Below the pieces are notes generated by a model, which had not been told where the DNA came from, made no database searches, and saw only the letters and a list, made by a program, of their open reading frames with translations. Positions 18,310 to 28,622 of a stretch of 64,000 bases of DNA are shown piece by piece. The translations under genes and the position numbers were made by a program. Within the stretch, counting starts at the first letter, position 1; each line of letters begins with the position of its first letter. This DNA comes from Gemmatimonadota bacterium (lineage in GTDB: Bacteria; Gemmatimonadota; Gemmatimonadetes; Longimicrobiales; Gaopeijiaceae): the NCBI GenBank assembly GCA_007121775.1, contig SKJY01000097.1, positions 5,138-69,137 of the forward strand, in the 5' to 3' direction.

Positions 18310-20222
18310 GGCGTGCGTGGCTCTGGGCCCTCATGTCGGGACTCCGGGGCACTTGGCCCGACCAGCTCCGCGGCGGCCTGTTCCCCGCTCAGTTGCAGGT
18401 CATGCAGATGCCGGTACAGCCCCCCACGGGCTAGGAGTTCATCGTGGGTGCCCCGCTGGACGATCCTCCCCTCGGACATGACCAGGATCTGGTCCGCCTG
18501 CTGGACAGTGGAGAGACGGTGGGCGATGACAAAGACGGTGCGGCCCTGGAGGAGCCGCTCCATGGCCACCTGCACCAGCCGCTCCGACTCCGAATCCAGC
18601 GCCGAGGTGGCCTCGTCGAGGATCAGGATGGGCGGATCCCGGAGGATGGCCCGGGCGATGGCGATGCGCTGCCGCTGGCCACCGGAGAGTTGGGTGCCCC
18701 GCTCGCCCACCACGGTGTCGTAACCCTGGGGAAGCCGCTGCACGAAGCCGTCTGCGTGGGCAGCCCGTGCCGCCCGCCGGAGGTCCTCTTCCGACACATC
18801 CTCCATCCCGTAGGCGATGTTGGCCCTGACCGTGTCGTGGAAGAGCACCGTCTCCTGGGAGACGATCCCCAGCTTGTCGCGAAGCGATGCCAGGCTGAAA
18901 TCCCGTATGTCCACACCATCGATCCGCACAGCGCCGTCGGTCACCTCATAGAACCTACCCAGAAGATCGACCAGGGTCGTCTTCCCGGCGCCGCTGGGGC
19001 CCACCAGCGCCGTGACACTCCCCGCCGGAGCCCGGAAGTCGATCTCGCGGAGCACCGGCTCACCGGGTCGGTACTCGAAGGATACCCCATGGAACTCAAC
19101 GCCCTCCCGGATCTCCTCAAGGGTCCGGGCGCCGGGTTGATCGCGAATCTCCACGGGTGCGTCCAGAAACTCGAATACCCGCTCGGAGGCCACGAGACCG
19201 GGCTGGATGATGGCGGGGAGCTTCCCGAGATACTTCACCGGCGAGTAGAGCTTCATGGAAAGGGCCAGGAATCCGATGAACTCCTCGCCTCCGATCTCAC
19301 CCCCGGTAAGGACCAACCGGGTCCCATACCAGAGGAGGATCACGGTCCCCAGCGCCCCCACCATCTCCGTGATGGGGTGGGAGAGGGCCCTGAATCGCTC
19401 GGTGCGGATGAAGGCCTTGAAGTAGGACCAGGTCAGCCCGCGGAATCGCTTCCGCTCGTGACCCTCTGCCGCCGAGGCCTTCACCAGCCGGATCCCTGAG
19501 AGGGTCTCCTGGATGTGGCTGTTCACCTCGCCGGCCAGATTCAGGATGGTCCGATCACCGCGCCGGACCCGCCTGAGGAGCGGCCCCCAGATGAGGAAGA
19601 CACCGGGGAGCACAATGAAGGCGGCCAGCGTCAGCTTCCACGAAATGATGAGCATGAGCGCCAGTGCCGCCAGGAGCTCGAAGACCGAAGAGAGGATCTT
19701 GGCCAACTCCTTGGTCACCAGCGTTCGAAGTTGCTCTACGTCATGGGTGAGCCTGGAGATGATCTGCCCGACCCGGGTGCGCCCGAAGAAGACCAGATCC
19801 AGATCGACCAGATGGTCGTAGACCTGATTGCGGAGATCCCGGGTCACCGCCTGCTCGATCCACGCCACCAGATACTTCCGCAGGAAGTCGAAGACGTTCT
19901 TCACCAGGAAGATCGCTAGGAGGAAGATAATGATCCCCTGGATGGCCTGATCCGGTGGGGCGCCCAGGTCCACGAAGCGTCCCAGGGTCCCATCCATCAG
20001 GGACTGGAGGAGATCGCTGCCGCCGACCGGCTCGTCAGCGGGGAGGTCCGCCGTCCCTGCCGCCGCCCCCTCCGGATCGGCGAAGAGGGTCCGGAGGAAG
20101 GGGATCAGCAGCGCCAGGGAGAAGGCATCCAGCGCCGCAAATGCCGAGGTGGCCACCACCGCCAGGAGAAAGACGGGGAGGTATGGGCGCAGGTACGAAA
20201 GGATCCGGAGGTAGAGACTCAC
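18306..20222 (-). CDS. ABC transporter permease/ATPase, MsbA-like lipid exporter
   Basis: A six-TM N-half is followed by Walker A GPSGAGKTT, signature LSGGQRQRIAIARA and Walker B ILILDEATSALD. It is adjacent to the lpxL-like gene. Confidence 0.92.
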   Translation of the reverse strand: MSLYLRILSYLRPYLPVFLLAVVATSAFAALDAFSLALLIPFLRTLFADPEGAAAGTADLPADEPVGGSDLLQSLMDGTLGRFVDLGAPPDQAIQGIIIFLLAIFLVKNVFDFLRKYLVAWIEQAVTRDLRNQVYDHLVDLDLVFFGRTRVGQIISRLTHDVEQLRTLVTKELAKILSSVFELLAALALMLIISWKLTLAAFIVLPGVFLIWGPLLRRVRRGDRTILNLAGEVNSHIQETLSGIRLVKASAAEGHERKRFRGLTWSYFKAFIRTERFRALSHPITEMVGALGTVILLWYGTRLVLTGGEIGGEEFIGFLALSMKLYSPVKYLGKLPAIIQPGLVASERVFEFLDAPVEIRDQPGARTLEEIREGVEFHGVSFEYRPGEPVLREIDFRAPAGSVTALVGPSGAGKTTLVDLLGRFYEVTDGAVRIDGVDIRDFSLASLRDKLGIVSQETVLFHDTVRANIAYGMEDVSEEDLRRAARAAHADGFVQRLPQGYDTVVGERGTQLSGGQRQRIAIARAILRDPPILILDEATSALDSESERLVQVAMERLLQGRTVFVIAHRLSTVQQADQILVMSEGRIVQRGTHDELLARGGLYRHLHDLQLSGEQAAAELVGPSAPESRHEGPEPRTP

Positions 20223-20258
20223 CGTTCAGCCGGCCAAGGGGCGGAGGACCCGGGACCG

Positions 20259-21827
20259 TCAGCGGATCCGGGGCTTCAGCGTGGCCACCGGGACGATCAT
20301 CTCCTCCGGGGAGATCCCCCCATGCAGGAAGGACTCCCGGTAGCGGTTCTGGTACTCCCTGAGCTTCGTGGGATACACCATGAAGTAATCTTCCACCCCG
20401 ATGACATAACTCAAGCCCAGACGCCCCGGTGGGAGGCGCAGGTCAGCCGGGTCTCGGGTGCGCAGGACAGTACGGGCGTCCTCGGCCCGGAGATCCTGCC
20501 CGAACTTGTAACGCAGGTTTGAGGTGGCGTCCCTGCGGGCGAAGACGGTTGTGGGCCGACGGCAGAGGATGGAGCCATGGTCCGTGGTGAGGACCACATT
20601 CAGCCCCTCTCGCGCCGCCTCCCGGAGAATCTGAAGGACCCCGCTCCGCTCGAACCACGCCCGGGTCAACTCCCGGAGTGAGATCTCGTCCCGAGCCATC
20701 TCCATGAACACGGGGGAGTCGGACCGGGAGTGGATGAGGGTGTCCATGAAGTTGAAGACCAGGGCAATGACCCCGACCCGGTTCCGCACGGCCGACAGGA
20801 TCCGGGCGCGGGTCTGCTCCGCGTCCCGGTCCGAGAAGACCTTCTCATAGTGGACGGGAACATCCCGGCCGGTGAGTCGCCTCAGTTGTGCCTCCAGGAG
20901 CCGGTCCTCGAAAGCGTTCAGGCTCCCCTCATCGTCCTGGCGCTCCCACCACCCCGGGTTGGATCGGGCGATCTCGTTAGGGAACTGACCGGAGAAGATG
21001 GCGTTCCGGGCGTAGGGCGTGGCGGTGGGGAGGATTGAGAAGTGCAGTTCCTCGTCCACGTCGAAGTCCGATGTCAGCAGGGGGGCAAGGACCCGCCACT
21101 GATCCAGGCGCATGCAGTCCAGGACCACCAGGAAGACCGGATCATCGCCCAGGAGGGGGAGGACGAAAAGCTCCACCAGATCGGTGGAGAGGACTGGAGC
21201 CTCCTCGGCACCCCGCATCCACTGGGGGTAGACCCGCCGCACCCAGTCCCCGAAGTCCCGGCGGAGCTCCTGCATGAGGGAGTCCACCGTGGCCAGAAGG
21301 CCGTCCTCTCCGGCGGCCCGGAGGCGAATGTGCCAGTCCACCAACTCGCTGTAGAGGGAGGCATAGTCGTCGGGACGCTCCGCATCCTGGCGGAGCCACC
21401 CAAGCTGGGGAAAGCGTTGGGCAAAGTCCTGGGCCACCTGCTGCTGGCGGATGGATGACCCCTCCAGGATCCGTGTCACCACCGAGAGGAGCTGGAGCGG
21501 ACTTGTGGGCTTCACCAGGTAGTCGTCCACCCGCCGCCCAATGGCCTCGGTCATGGTCCGATCCTCTTCGGACTTGGTGATCATGACCACCCGGGCGTTG
21601 GGATCGTGTCGGCGAAGCTCTTCCAGCACCTCGAGTCCGCGGCGCCCGGGCATCTGTTCGTCCAGGAGCACCAAGTCGTAGGGCTGTTCCGCCAGAAGAG
21701 CGAGGGCGTCGTCCCCGTTGGCGATCCCATCCACCTGATAGCCCCGTTCTTCCAGGAAGAGGCAGTGGGGCCGGAGGAGGTCGATCTCATCATCGACCCA
21801 GAGGATGCGGCGGGATGGTCTGGTCAT
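20259..21827 (-). CDS. Response regulator with C-terminal PglZ (alkaline-phosphatase-superfamily) domain, PorX-like
   Basis: REC domain: RILWVDDEIDLL...DLVLLDEQMPGRRG...VVMITKSEE...DDYLVKP. PglZ-like: ...FLVVLDCMRLDQW...SILPTATPYARNAIFSG...VLTTDHGS. Start at MTRPSRR (cat at 21825-21827). Confidence 0.87.
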   Translation of the reverse strand: MTRPSRRILWVDDEIDLLRPHCLFLEERGYQVDGIANGDDALALLAEQPYDLVLLDEQMPGRRGLEVLEELRRHDPNARVVMITKSEEDRTMTEAIGRRVDDYLVKPTSPLQLLSVVTRILEGSSIRQQQVAQDFAQRFPQLGWLRQDAERPDDYASLYSELVDWHIRLRAAGEDGLLATVDSLMQELRRDFGDWVRRVYPQWMRGAEEAPVLSTDLVELFVLPLLGDDPVFLVVLDCMRLDQWRVLAPLLTSDFDVDEELHFSILPTATPYARNAIFSGQFPNEIARSNPGWWERQDDEGSLNAFEDRLLEAQLRRLTGRDVPVHYEKVFSDRDAEQTRARILSAVRNRVGVIALVFNFMDTLIHSRSDSPVFMEMARDEISLRELTRAWFERSGVLQILREAAREGLNVVLTTDHGSILCRRPTTVFARRDATSNLRYKFGQDLRAEDARTVLRTRDPADLRLPPGRLGLSYVIGVEDYFMVYPTKLREYQNRYRESFLHGGISPEEMIVPVATLKPRIR

Positions 21828-21891
21828 GGAGTCCAAGCTACCGGGTGGGGGCCACCGGGCCAAGGCGAAAGTCCACCACGCCCCGCCGGGT

Positions 21892-22542
21892 TCAGGGGAC
21901 CCTCACGCGGATCGAGGCGTCGGGAGCCACCTCCACCCGGTCCAGGAGCCCCTGGAATCCCCTGAGTCGTTCCCGGCTCTGCAGGTAGGCCACCAGGTCC
22001 AGGACCAGGAGGCCGAATCCCTGCACAACGACCGCGGTCCCATGGCCCCGCCTCTCGTCCCAGCCCTCCTGGTCCCGCCCCACCACCGCCAGGGTCGTAC
22101 CTACACCCATATAGCCTGCATTGAGACCCAGGTTGACCAGAAGGATGTGGGCGTAGCGACTCTCCGCCGCCAGGGCGGCGCCAGGCTGATCTGGAGGGTC
22201 GCCCCCACCCCAGCGAAGGCCGGCCAGGGCGATGGCTCCATTCACCAGCCCCCACCCGGCGGTCTGCATCCCGAAGGCACCCCGACCGGGCTCATCCTCG
22301 GAGGCAGATGCCCAGAGAGCGGCGCCGCCGACGAGATTCATCAGCCCCCACCACCCGACCCGGTGCAGGTGCGCCCGCTCCGCCTCCATGCGGGCCAGTA
22401 CCAGTTCGTTCACCTGCGGCACCGGCGCCGGGGCCTCCGCACCTGGCCCGCGGTTTTCCGGCTCCTGGGCCCCCACCTGCCGGGCCGCCAGGGCCATGGT
22501 CAGCACGGCCGCGCCGGCGGCCACCCATCGCCACGCTCCCAC
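21892..22542 (-). CDS. Hypothetical secreted/membrane protein
   Basis: Signal-like N-terminus MGAWRWVAAGAAVLTMALAARQVGAQE, followed by several Gly/Ala/Leu-rich hydrophobic segments. No family recognised. Confidence 0.55.
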   Translation of the reverse strand: MGAWRWVAAGAAVLTMALAARQVGAQEPENRGPGAEAPAPVPQVNELVLARMEAERAHLHRVGWWGLMNLVGGAALWASASEDEPGRGAFGMQTAGWGLVNGAIALAGLRWGGGDPPDQPGAALAAESRYAHILLVNLGLNAGYMGVGTTLAVVGRDQEGWDERRGHGTAVVVQGFGLLVLDLVAYLQSRERLRGFQGLLDRVEVAPDASIRVRVP

Positions 22543-22545
22543 GCT

Positions 22546-25377
22546 TCATCCTCCTTCAGCGGTACGCACCTCTGGGGCGCGCCCCTTGCGACGGCCCCAC
22601 GCCTTCTCAACCTCCACCACTGTGAACAACCCCAGACCCACCAGGAGGATCGGTCCCCAACTGGCGGCGGCAATGGATTCGGTTCCAAAGAGGAGGTGGA
22701 AGACGGGGAGATAGGTGAAGGCCAGCTGGAAGAGGACCAGTAGGCCCGCTGCAATGAGTACGGCCCGGTTCCCCAGGAATGCCTGGCGGCCCAGCGACGA
22801 CAGCCACTGGAATCGGCAGTTGAAGAGATACCAGGCCTGCGCCGCCACCAGGGCGTTCACCACCACCGTCTGGCTGTAGGCCAACCCCACCCCCCGACCC
22901 ATCTGCCAGTGGAAGAGGACGAGACACCCCACCGAAACCAGCACGGCAACGTACAGGATCCGTCTGAGGAGGAAGCGGGAGAGCATGGGGTCATCCGGAT
23001 CCCGGGGGGGGCGCTCCATGATCCCGGGCTCCGTGGGCTCGAAAGCCAGGGCCAGCGCCAGGGTCACGGCGGTGATCATGTTCACCCAGAGGATCTGGGC
23101 CGGTGTGATGGGCAGGTCCGAGAGGGCCAGCGCCACCGCCGCAAGGACGATGAGGGCCTCGGCCCCGTTGGTGGGGAGGATGAAGAGGATCGTCTTCTTC
23201 AGGTTGTCGTAGACGGTGCGCCCCTCCTCCACCGCCCTGGCGATGGAGGCGAAGTTGTCATCAGCCAGGACCATGTCCGAGGCCCCCTTCGACGCCTCGC
23301 TCCCCTTGATTCCCATGGCCACACCGATGTCCGCCTGCTTCAGGGCCGGGGCGTCGTTCACCCCGTCGCCGGTCATGGCACACACCTGTCCCTTCTGCTG
23401 GAGAAGCTGGACGATCCGCAGCTTGTGGGCCGGGCTGGCCCGAGCGATGACGTCCTCCCTTAGCAGCGCCTCCCGGAGTTCGGCATCGTCCATCTCCTCG
23501 ATCCGGTCGCCCACAAGGGCGCCGGTCCCGTCGCCGATCCCCATGCGCTCCCCGATGCTCCGGGCGGTGACGGCGTGGTCACCGGTGATCATGATGACCC
23601 GGATTCCGGCGGCGCGGCACTGCTCCACCGCCTCCACCGCCTCGGGGCGGGGGGGATCCATCAGGGCCACCACCCCCACCAGGAGGGCGCCGCCCTCAAC
23701 GCTCCCTTCCTTCACCTCATGGACTTCTCCCTCCACCTCCTTCACCGCCAACGCCAGAAGGCGATACCCCCTGCCTGCCACCTCCTCCATGCGCTCCTCC
23801 CAGCGCTTCCGGTCCAACGGCTCCGTTCCAGTGGGGGTTCGGACCTGGTCGCACATGGCCAGCACCCGCTCGGGCCCTCCCTTGACCAGGATCACCGATC
23901 CGCCGTGGGGGGACCGGTGGAGGCTCGCCATCCAGCGCCGCTCCGACTCGAAGGGAAGCACATCCACCCTGGGCCAAGCCTCCTCTTCTCCCCGCCTGGT
24001 GAGGCCGGCCTTCTCGGCCAGCACCAGGAGGGCACCCTCAGTGGGATCACCGTGGAGCACCCGCTCGCCACCGCCAGTACCGGCGCCGGCCCAACCGCCG
24101 GGCTCCGCCGCGTCGAACTCCGCCTCGTTGCAGAGGAGGCCGATGCGAATGGCCTCCACCACCAGCGGATCCTGGCGGGGATCCTGCTCCACGCCGTCCA
24201 CCATGAAGCGGCCTTCCGGGATGAATCCGGAACCGGTGATCTCCCAGTCCGCTTCGGCCAGGAGGAGCTGCTCCACCGACATCTCATTGCGGGTGAGGGT
24301 TCCGGTCTTGTCAGTGCAGATGACGGTGACCGAGCCCAGCGTCTCTACGGCGGGGAGTCGGCGGATGATGGCCTTCCGGCGTGCCATGCGCTGCACACCC
24401 AGCGCCAGGGTAATGGTGAGAATGGCAGGGAGTCCTTCAGGGATGGCCGCCACCGCCAGCGCCACCACGGCCAGAAAGGCGTCGGCGGGCTCGAACCCCC
24501 TCAGGCGCCAGGCCAGGAAGAAGATGGCTACGGCTGCAGTCACGATGGCCACCGAAAGCTGCTTTCCGAACCGGTCGATCTGCCGGAGGAGAGGGGTGGT
24601 GACGCCTTCCACCCGGGACACCATCTCGCCGATCCGGCCGATTTGGGTGGCGATCCCCGTCTCCACCACGACCCCGGTGATCCGTCCCGTGGTCACCAGT
24701 GTACCGGAGAAGACCATGGAGGTCCGGTCGCCCAGCCCCGACTTCCCGGCCACAGGATCAGGCGCCTTGGACACCGGCTGGGATTCACCGGTTAGGATGG
24801 CCTCTTCGGCCCGGGCATCCCGGGCATAGAGGATCCGGAGATCGGCGGGCACCCGGTCACCGCTTTCCAGCCGGACCACGTCACCTCGCACCAGTTCCTC
24901 GGCAGGGATGGTCCGCCGACTCCCTCCTCGCACCACCTCCGCCTCCGGAGACAGGAGGCTGCGGATCCCCGCCAACGCTTCCTCCGCCTTCCCTTCCTGG
25001 ATAAAGCCGATGATGGCGTTCACCACCACCACGGCGATAATGACGCCGGTATCGATCCACTCGCCCAGGAATGCGGTAAAGAGGGCCGCCACCAGGAGCA
25101 CGTAGATGAGGACGTTGTGGAACTGCTTCAGGAAACGGACGAGGGCTGAATCCCCCACCTCCTCCGGGAGTCGGTTCGGGCCGTCACGGCGAAGGCGGGC
25201 CTCCGCTTCTTCCGGGTCCAGCCCCGTCTCAGGGTGGCTCTCCACCGCCGCGACGCACTCGTCCACCGGGAGGGCGTGCCAGAGACAGTGTCCGGTTTCG
25301 TCCAACTCCGGAGAACGTCCGGCTACCCTGGAGGCGTCGGCGACATAGGGAGAGGAATCGGCGTGCTGGGAAGCCAT
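22546..25377 (-). CDS. Cation-translocating P-type ATPase (type II, Ca2+/Mg2+-like)
   Basis: TGES (ILTGESQPV), phosphorylation site ICTDKTGTLT, MITGDH, hinge MTGDGVNDAPALKQADIGVAMG, and ~10 TM segments. Confidence 0.95.
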   Translation of the reverse strand: MASQHADSSPYVADASRVAGRSPELDETGHCLWHALPVDECVAAVESHPETGLDPEEAEARLRRDGPNRLPEEVGDSALVRFLKQFHNVLIYVLLVAALFTAFLGEWIDTGVIIAVVVVNAIIGFIQEGKAEEALAGIRSLLSPEAEVVRGGSRRTIPAEELVRGDVVRLESGDRVPADLRILYARDARAEEAILTGESQPVSKAPDPVAGKSGLGDRTSMVFSGTLVTTGRITGVVVETGIATQIGRIGEMVSRVEGVTTPLLRQIDRFGKQLSVAIVTAAVAIFFLAWRLRGFEPADAFLAVVALAVAAIPEGLPAILTITLALGVQRMARRKAIIRRLPAVETLGSVTVICTDKTGTLTRNEMSVEQLLLAEADWEITGSGFIPEGRFMVDGVEQDPRQDPLVVEAIRIGLLCNEAEFDAAEPGGWAGAGTGGGERVLHGDPTEGALLVLAEKAGLTRRGEEEAWPRVDVLPFESERRWMASLHRSPHGGSVILVKGGPERVLAMCDQVRTPTGTEPLDRKRWEERMEEVAGRGYRLLALAVKEVEGEVHEVKEGSVEGGALLVGVVALMDPPRPEAVEAVEQCRAAGIRVIMITGDHAVTARSIGERMGIGDGTGALVGDRIEEMDDAELREALLREDVIARASPAHKLRIVQLLQQKGQVCAMTGDGVNDAPALKQADIGVAMGIKGSEASKGASDMVLADDNFASIARAVEEGRTVYDNLKKTILFILPTNGAEALIVLAAVALALSDLPITPAQILWVNMITAVTLALALAFEPTEPGIMERPPRDPDDPMLSRFLLRRILYVAVLVSVGCLVLFHWQMGRGVGLAYSQTVVVNALVAAQAWYLFNCRFQWLSSLGRQAFLGNRAVLIAAGLLVLFQLAFTYLPVFHLLFGTESIAAASWGPILLVGLGLFTVVEVEKAWGRRKGRAPEVRTAEGG

Positions 25378-25572
25378 GAAACCGTTTGGCCGGGATGGAT
25401 GATGGAGTTCAGGATCCGGGGCGGGTCGTCGCCCCGGATCGACGGTCAGCCCCTGGGCAGAAGACCCCGGTCCTCGGGGGCAATCACGCCTTGTGAACCC
25501 TGGGTGCCTCCGGTACCATCAAGATACCCCGGGTGGCTGCACGCGACATCTTCCCCCGAACCCGGCCATCTC

Positions 25573-26628
25573 ATGCCCGGCCCCCTCCCAATCAGAACCA
25601 AGGGACTCCTCACCCTGGTCCTTGCGGCCTTCGTGGTGACCGGTTGCGCCCGGGGGACGGCGGCTCATGGCTCGCCGTCGCCTCAGGCTTTCTACCAGAC
25701 TGCCTTCCCGTCTACCGACACCTCCGGGGAACTGGAGGAGGTTCTGGCATCCCTGGTCCGGATCCGGGTCTCCTGGAGCTACCGGACCCACATCTTCCAC
25801 GAGGATTCCGCTCCCTTCGAGTCGGAGGTGGGTCGGTCCGACGTGATGGACCGGGCCGAAGAGATCGTGGACAGCGAGCAGACCCGTGCCGCCACGGCGG
25901 TTCTGATGGCCCATGATGAGGGGCGCTCTGTGCTCCTTACGGCGGCCCACGCCGTGCACCTCCCGGATACCCTGGTGCAGTTCTACGGCGAGCGGGAATC
26001 CCCCCCCGGCACCCTCCGAAGAGTCCGAAGCGTCTCCGTTCTCACCCAACGGGCCGACTGGGTGGTTGGGCTCCCGGGGCTGGAGCCATTTCAGGTGCTC
26101 GCTGTGGACGAAGTCAACGACCTGGCCATACTGGGGGTCCATGGCCCGCCGACCCCGCTGCCCCAGGGTACCAGCCCGCTCCCTGCCCAGGCAGGCGAAC
26201 CCGGACGGCTTTCCTGGGGCTCCTTCGTCTACGTTCTCGGCTTCCCTGCTGGTTACCCCATGGTGACCAGGGGAATCGTCAGCGACCCCGGCGGAGGACA
26301 TACTGGAGCCTTCGTGGTGGATGGACTCTGGAATGAAGGGATGAGCGGAGGCGTCATCCTGGCCATCCGTGGAGACGGATCCGGGATGGAGTGGGTGGGG
26401 ATGGCCAGAGCGGCTGCGGCCCGCACCGAGCCCCGTTTGCGTCCCGCCGAGGACGCCATGGATCGCCGGGAGCCATGGGCCCCCTACGAGGGCCCCATCT
26501 TCCTGGAGGAGGTTCGCCACATCCAATACGGGATCACCCTGGCCGTCCCCATGGACGCGATCCGGCGGTTTCTGGATCGGCACCGGAGTCGCCTGCGGGC
26601 GGAGGACTGGAGCGTACCCAGCCCCTGA
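25573..26628 (+). CDS. Trypsin-like (S1-family) serine protease lipoprotein
   Basis: Lipobox LAAFVVTGC. Catalytic triad context: LLTAAHAVH, NDLAILGV, NEGMSGGVIL. ATG at 25573, in frame inside the listed ORF. Confidence 0.8.
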   Translation: MPGPLPIRTKGLLTLVLAAFVVTGCARGTAAHGSPSPQAFYQTAFPSTDTSGELEEVLASLVRIRVSWSYRTHIFHEDSAPFESEVGRSDVMDRAEEIVDSEQTRAATAVLMAHDEGRSVLLTAAHAVHLPDTLVQFYGERESPPGTLRRVRSVSVLTQRADWVVGLPGLEPFQVLAVDEVNDLAILGVHGPPTPLPQGTSPLPAQAGEPGRLSWGSFVYVLGFPAGYPMVTRGIVSDPGGGHTGAFVVDGLWNEGMSGGVILAIRGDGSGMEWVGMARAAAARTEPRLRPAEDAMDRREPWAPYEGPIFLEEVRHIQYGITLAVPMDAIRRFLDRHRSRLRAEDWSVPSP

Positions 26629-26667
26629 GCCACCCCCGTTTCCTGAAGGCTGACGCTACCGCACCCC

Positions 26668-26703
26668 ACCGGTGCCGCCGACCTGACGGCCGACGGCACC
26701 GGT
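26668..26703. terminator. Hairpin between convergent protease and phosphorylase genes
   Basis: accggtgccg (26668-26677) pairs with cggcaccggt (26694-26703), with extra ccg/cgg pairing inside. No U tract, so terminator function is uncertain. Confidence 0.3.
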
Positions 26704-26709
26704 CCGACC

Positions 26710-28416
26710 TCAGACCAGGAAGGCGTGGTCCACGTACTCCTGAAGCATCCGGCGGCAGTGGAAGTGCGCGCCGTTCAGAGCGATACAGGAGCGCATGATC
26801 CTTGCCCATCCATCGGGATCACGGTGGAAGATGGGAAGGATGGTGTCCTCCAGCTTCCGCACCATTGAGTCGAACTCCCGTTCATCATCCACCGGTGACT
26901 GCCAGCTCTCGTCCACTGACCAGCCGGTCACCCCTTCCACGTGGCCCTCGATCCACCAGCCATCGAGAATACTGAGGGAAGGTATTCCGTTCATGGCCGC
27001 CTTCATCCCGCTGGTCCCCGACGCCTCCAGCGGCTTTCTGGGCATGTTGAGCCAGAGGTCACTCCCGGCAGTGAGCAGCCCTCCAAGCTTCATGTCGTAG
27101 TCCTCCAGGTAGACCAGGGAGAGATCGTCTCCCAGATCGTGACCGGTACGCACCACTTGGCGGATGAGCTCCTTGCCGGGTTCATCTCGGGGATGGGCCT
27201 TCCCGGCATAGATGATCTGGAGGGGTCCGCCCCGCCGGACCACCTCTCGTAGACGGTCCGGTCTGGACACCACCAGGGCCGCCCGCTTGTAAGGTGCAGC
27301 CCGTCGTGCGAACACCATGGTGAGGCGGTCTGGCCGCAGCTCACGGCCCGTCCGCCGCTGAACCTCACGAAAGAGGGCATCCCGGGATTCGGCGTGGGCA
27401 GCGCGGAGTTCATCGGTGGGGATGGCCACGGCGTGGCGAAGGATGAAGGGATTCTTCCGCCAGCCGGGGAGGTGGCGGTCGAAGAGAGCCCCCTGCGCTT
27501 CCCCGATCCAGGTGTTGGCGTGGACCCCGTTGGTGATGGGGTGGATGGCATGGCCCGGGAACATCCCCTGGGACACACCGGCGTGTCGGAGGGCCACGCC
27601 GTTGGTGAAGCGAGCGAACCGAAGTGCCAGGTGGGTCATGTTCACCTGCTTGTCTTCCACCGCTCCGCTTGCCTTCAGGAGGCGCCCCATTTCGTCACCC
27701 AGGACCTCCCGAACCATCTTGAAACGGAAACGGTCGTGCCCGGCGGCCACGGGGGTGTGGGTGGTGAAGACACAGACCTTCCGGACCGCCTCCACCGCCG
27801 ACTCCAGTGCGGCCGGCTCGGAATCGGCCACGACACCCTGCTCCCGCAGTAGCTCAACGGCCAGAAGGGCCGCATGCCCTTCATTCATGTGGAAGGTACC
27901 GATCTGATCACGCCCGAGGGCTCTCAGGAGCCGTACCCCCCCGATCCCCAGGATCGCCTCCTGGCGCAGGCGCAGACGCTCATCCCCACCGTACAGATGG
28001 TTCGTGATGGCCCGGTCGTCGTCTCGGTTCTCCGGCAGATCCGTGTCCAGGAAGTAGACGGGAACCTGGTGGTTGTGAACGCCCTGGATGGTGTAGCGCC
28101 AGGCCCGAACCCGGACCGGGCGCCCCTCCAGGGTCACCTCCACCACAGGTTCCACCGGCTCGAGTTTTCGATCCGGGTCCCAGGGCGCGGGAGACTCACT
28201 CTGACGGCCGTCCGCTCCAATGGCCTGGCGGAAGTACCCCAGTCGATGGACCAGCGTGATCACGCTGAAGGGGAGGCCCATATCGGCGGCCCCCTTGGCG
28301 GTGTCGCCGGCCAGAACCCCCAGACCTCCGCTGTAGGTGGGGATCTCCGACTCGAGCCCGATCTCCATGGTGAAGGCGGCGATCTCGGGCATATGCTTGG
28401 CGGATCCAGACTCCAT
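26710..28416 (-). CDS. glgP: Alpha-glucan family phosphorylase (GT35)
   Basis: MESGSAKHMPEIAAFTMEIGLESEIPTYSGGLGVLAGDTAKGAADMGLP...NHLYGGD...FHMNEGHAA...FTTHTPVAAGHD...ASGTSGMKAAMNG is the short-form GlgP signature with the PLP-Lys region. An alternative ATG is at 28392. Confidence 0.92.
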   Translation of the reverse strand: MESGSAKHMPEIAAFTMEIGLESEIPTYSGGLGVLAGDTAKGAADMGLPFSVITLVHRLGYFRQAIGADGRQSESPAPWDPDRKLEPVEPVVEVTLEGRPVRVRAWRYTIQGVHNHQVPVYFLDTDLPENRDDDRAITNHLYGGDERLRLRQEAILGIGGVRLLRALGRDQIGTFHMNEGHAALLAVELLREQGVVADSEPAALESAVEAVRKVCVFTTHTPVAAGHDRFRFKMVREVLGDEMGRLLKASGAVEDKQVNMTHLALRFARFTNGVALRHAGVSQGMFPGHAIHPITNGVHANTWIGEAQGALFDRHLPGWRKNPFILRHAVAIPTDELRAAHAESRDALFREVQRRTGRELRPDRLTMVFARRAAPYKRAALVVSRPDRLREVVRRGGPLQIIYAGKAHPRDEPGKELIRQVVRTGHDLGDDLSLVYLEDYDMKLGGLLTAGSDLWLNMPRKPLEASGTSGMKAAMNGIPSLSILDGWWIEGHVEGVTGWSVDESWQSPVDDEREFDSMVRKLEDTILPIFHRDPDGWARIMRSCIALNGAHFHCRRMLQEYVDHAFLV

Positions 28417-28622
28417 GGTCCAGCACTCCGATAAAGGATTCGTGGGTCGGACCCATGAGGAAGGGTCCGGCCGTCCATGCGGGGTCTTAGTCACACTCCC
28501 CGGCGTCCCCGAGGTTTCGGTCGGATCCACCGGTTCAGGAGCCCCCCCACTTCACTCTCCGGGAGGAACCTCCGAGATTCGTGTGGCTCCGGGTCCCCGA
28601 GAGAACACCTGTCGCCACCTCC

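Noticed and set aside
20259-21827. PglZ domain as a marker of a BREX/phage-defence locus.
   Set aside because: It is fused to a CheY receiver (PorX-type architecture). No pglX, brxC, brxL or brxA-like genes are nearby; the neighbours are LPS and lipid A genes.
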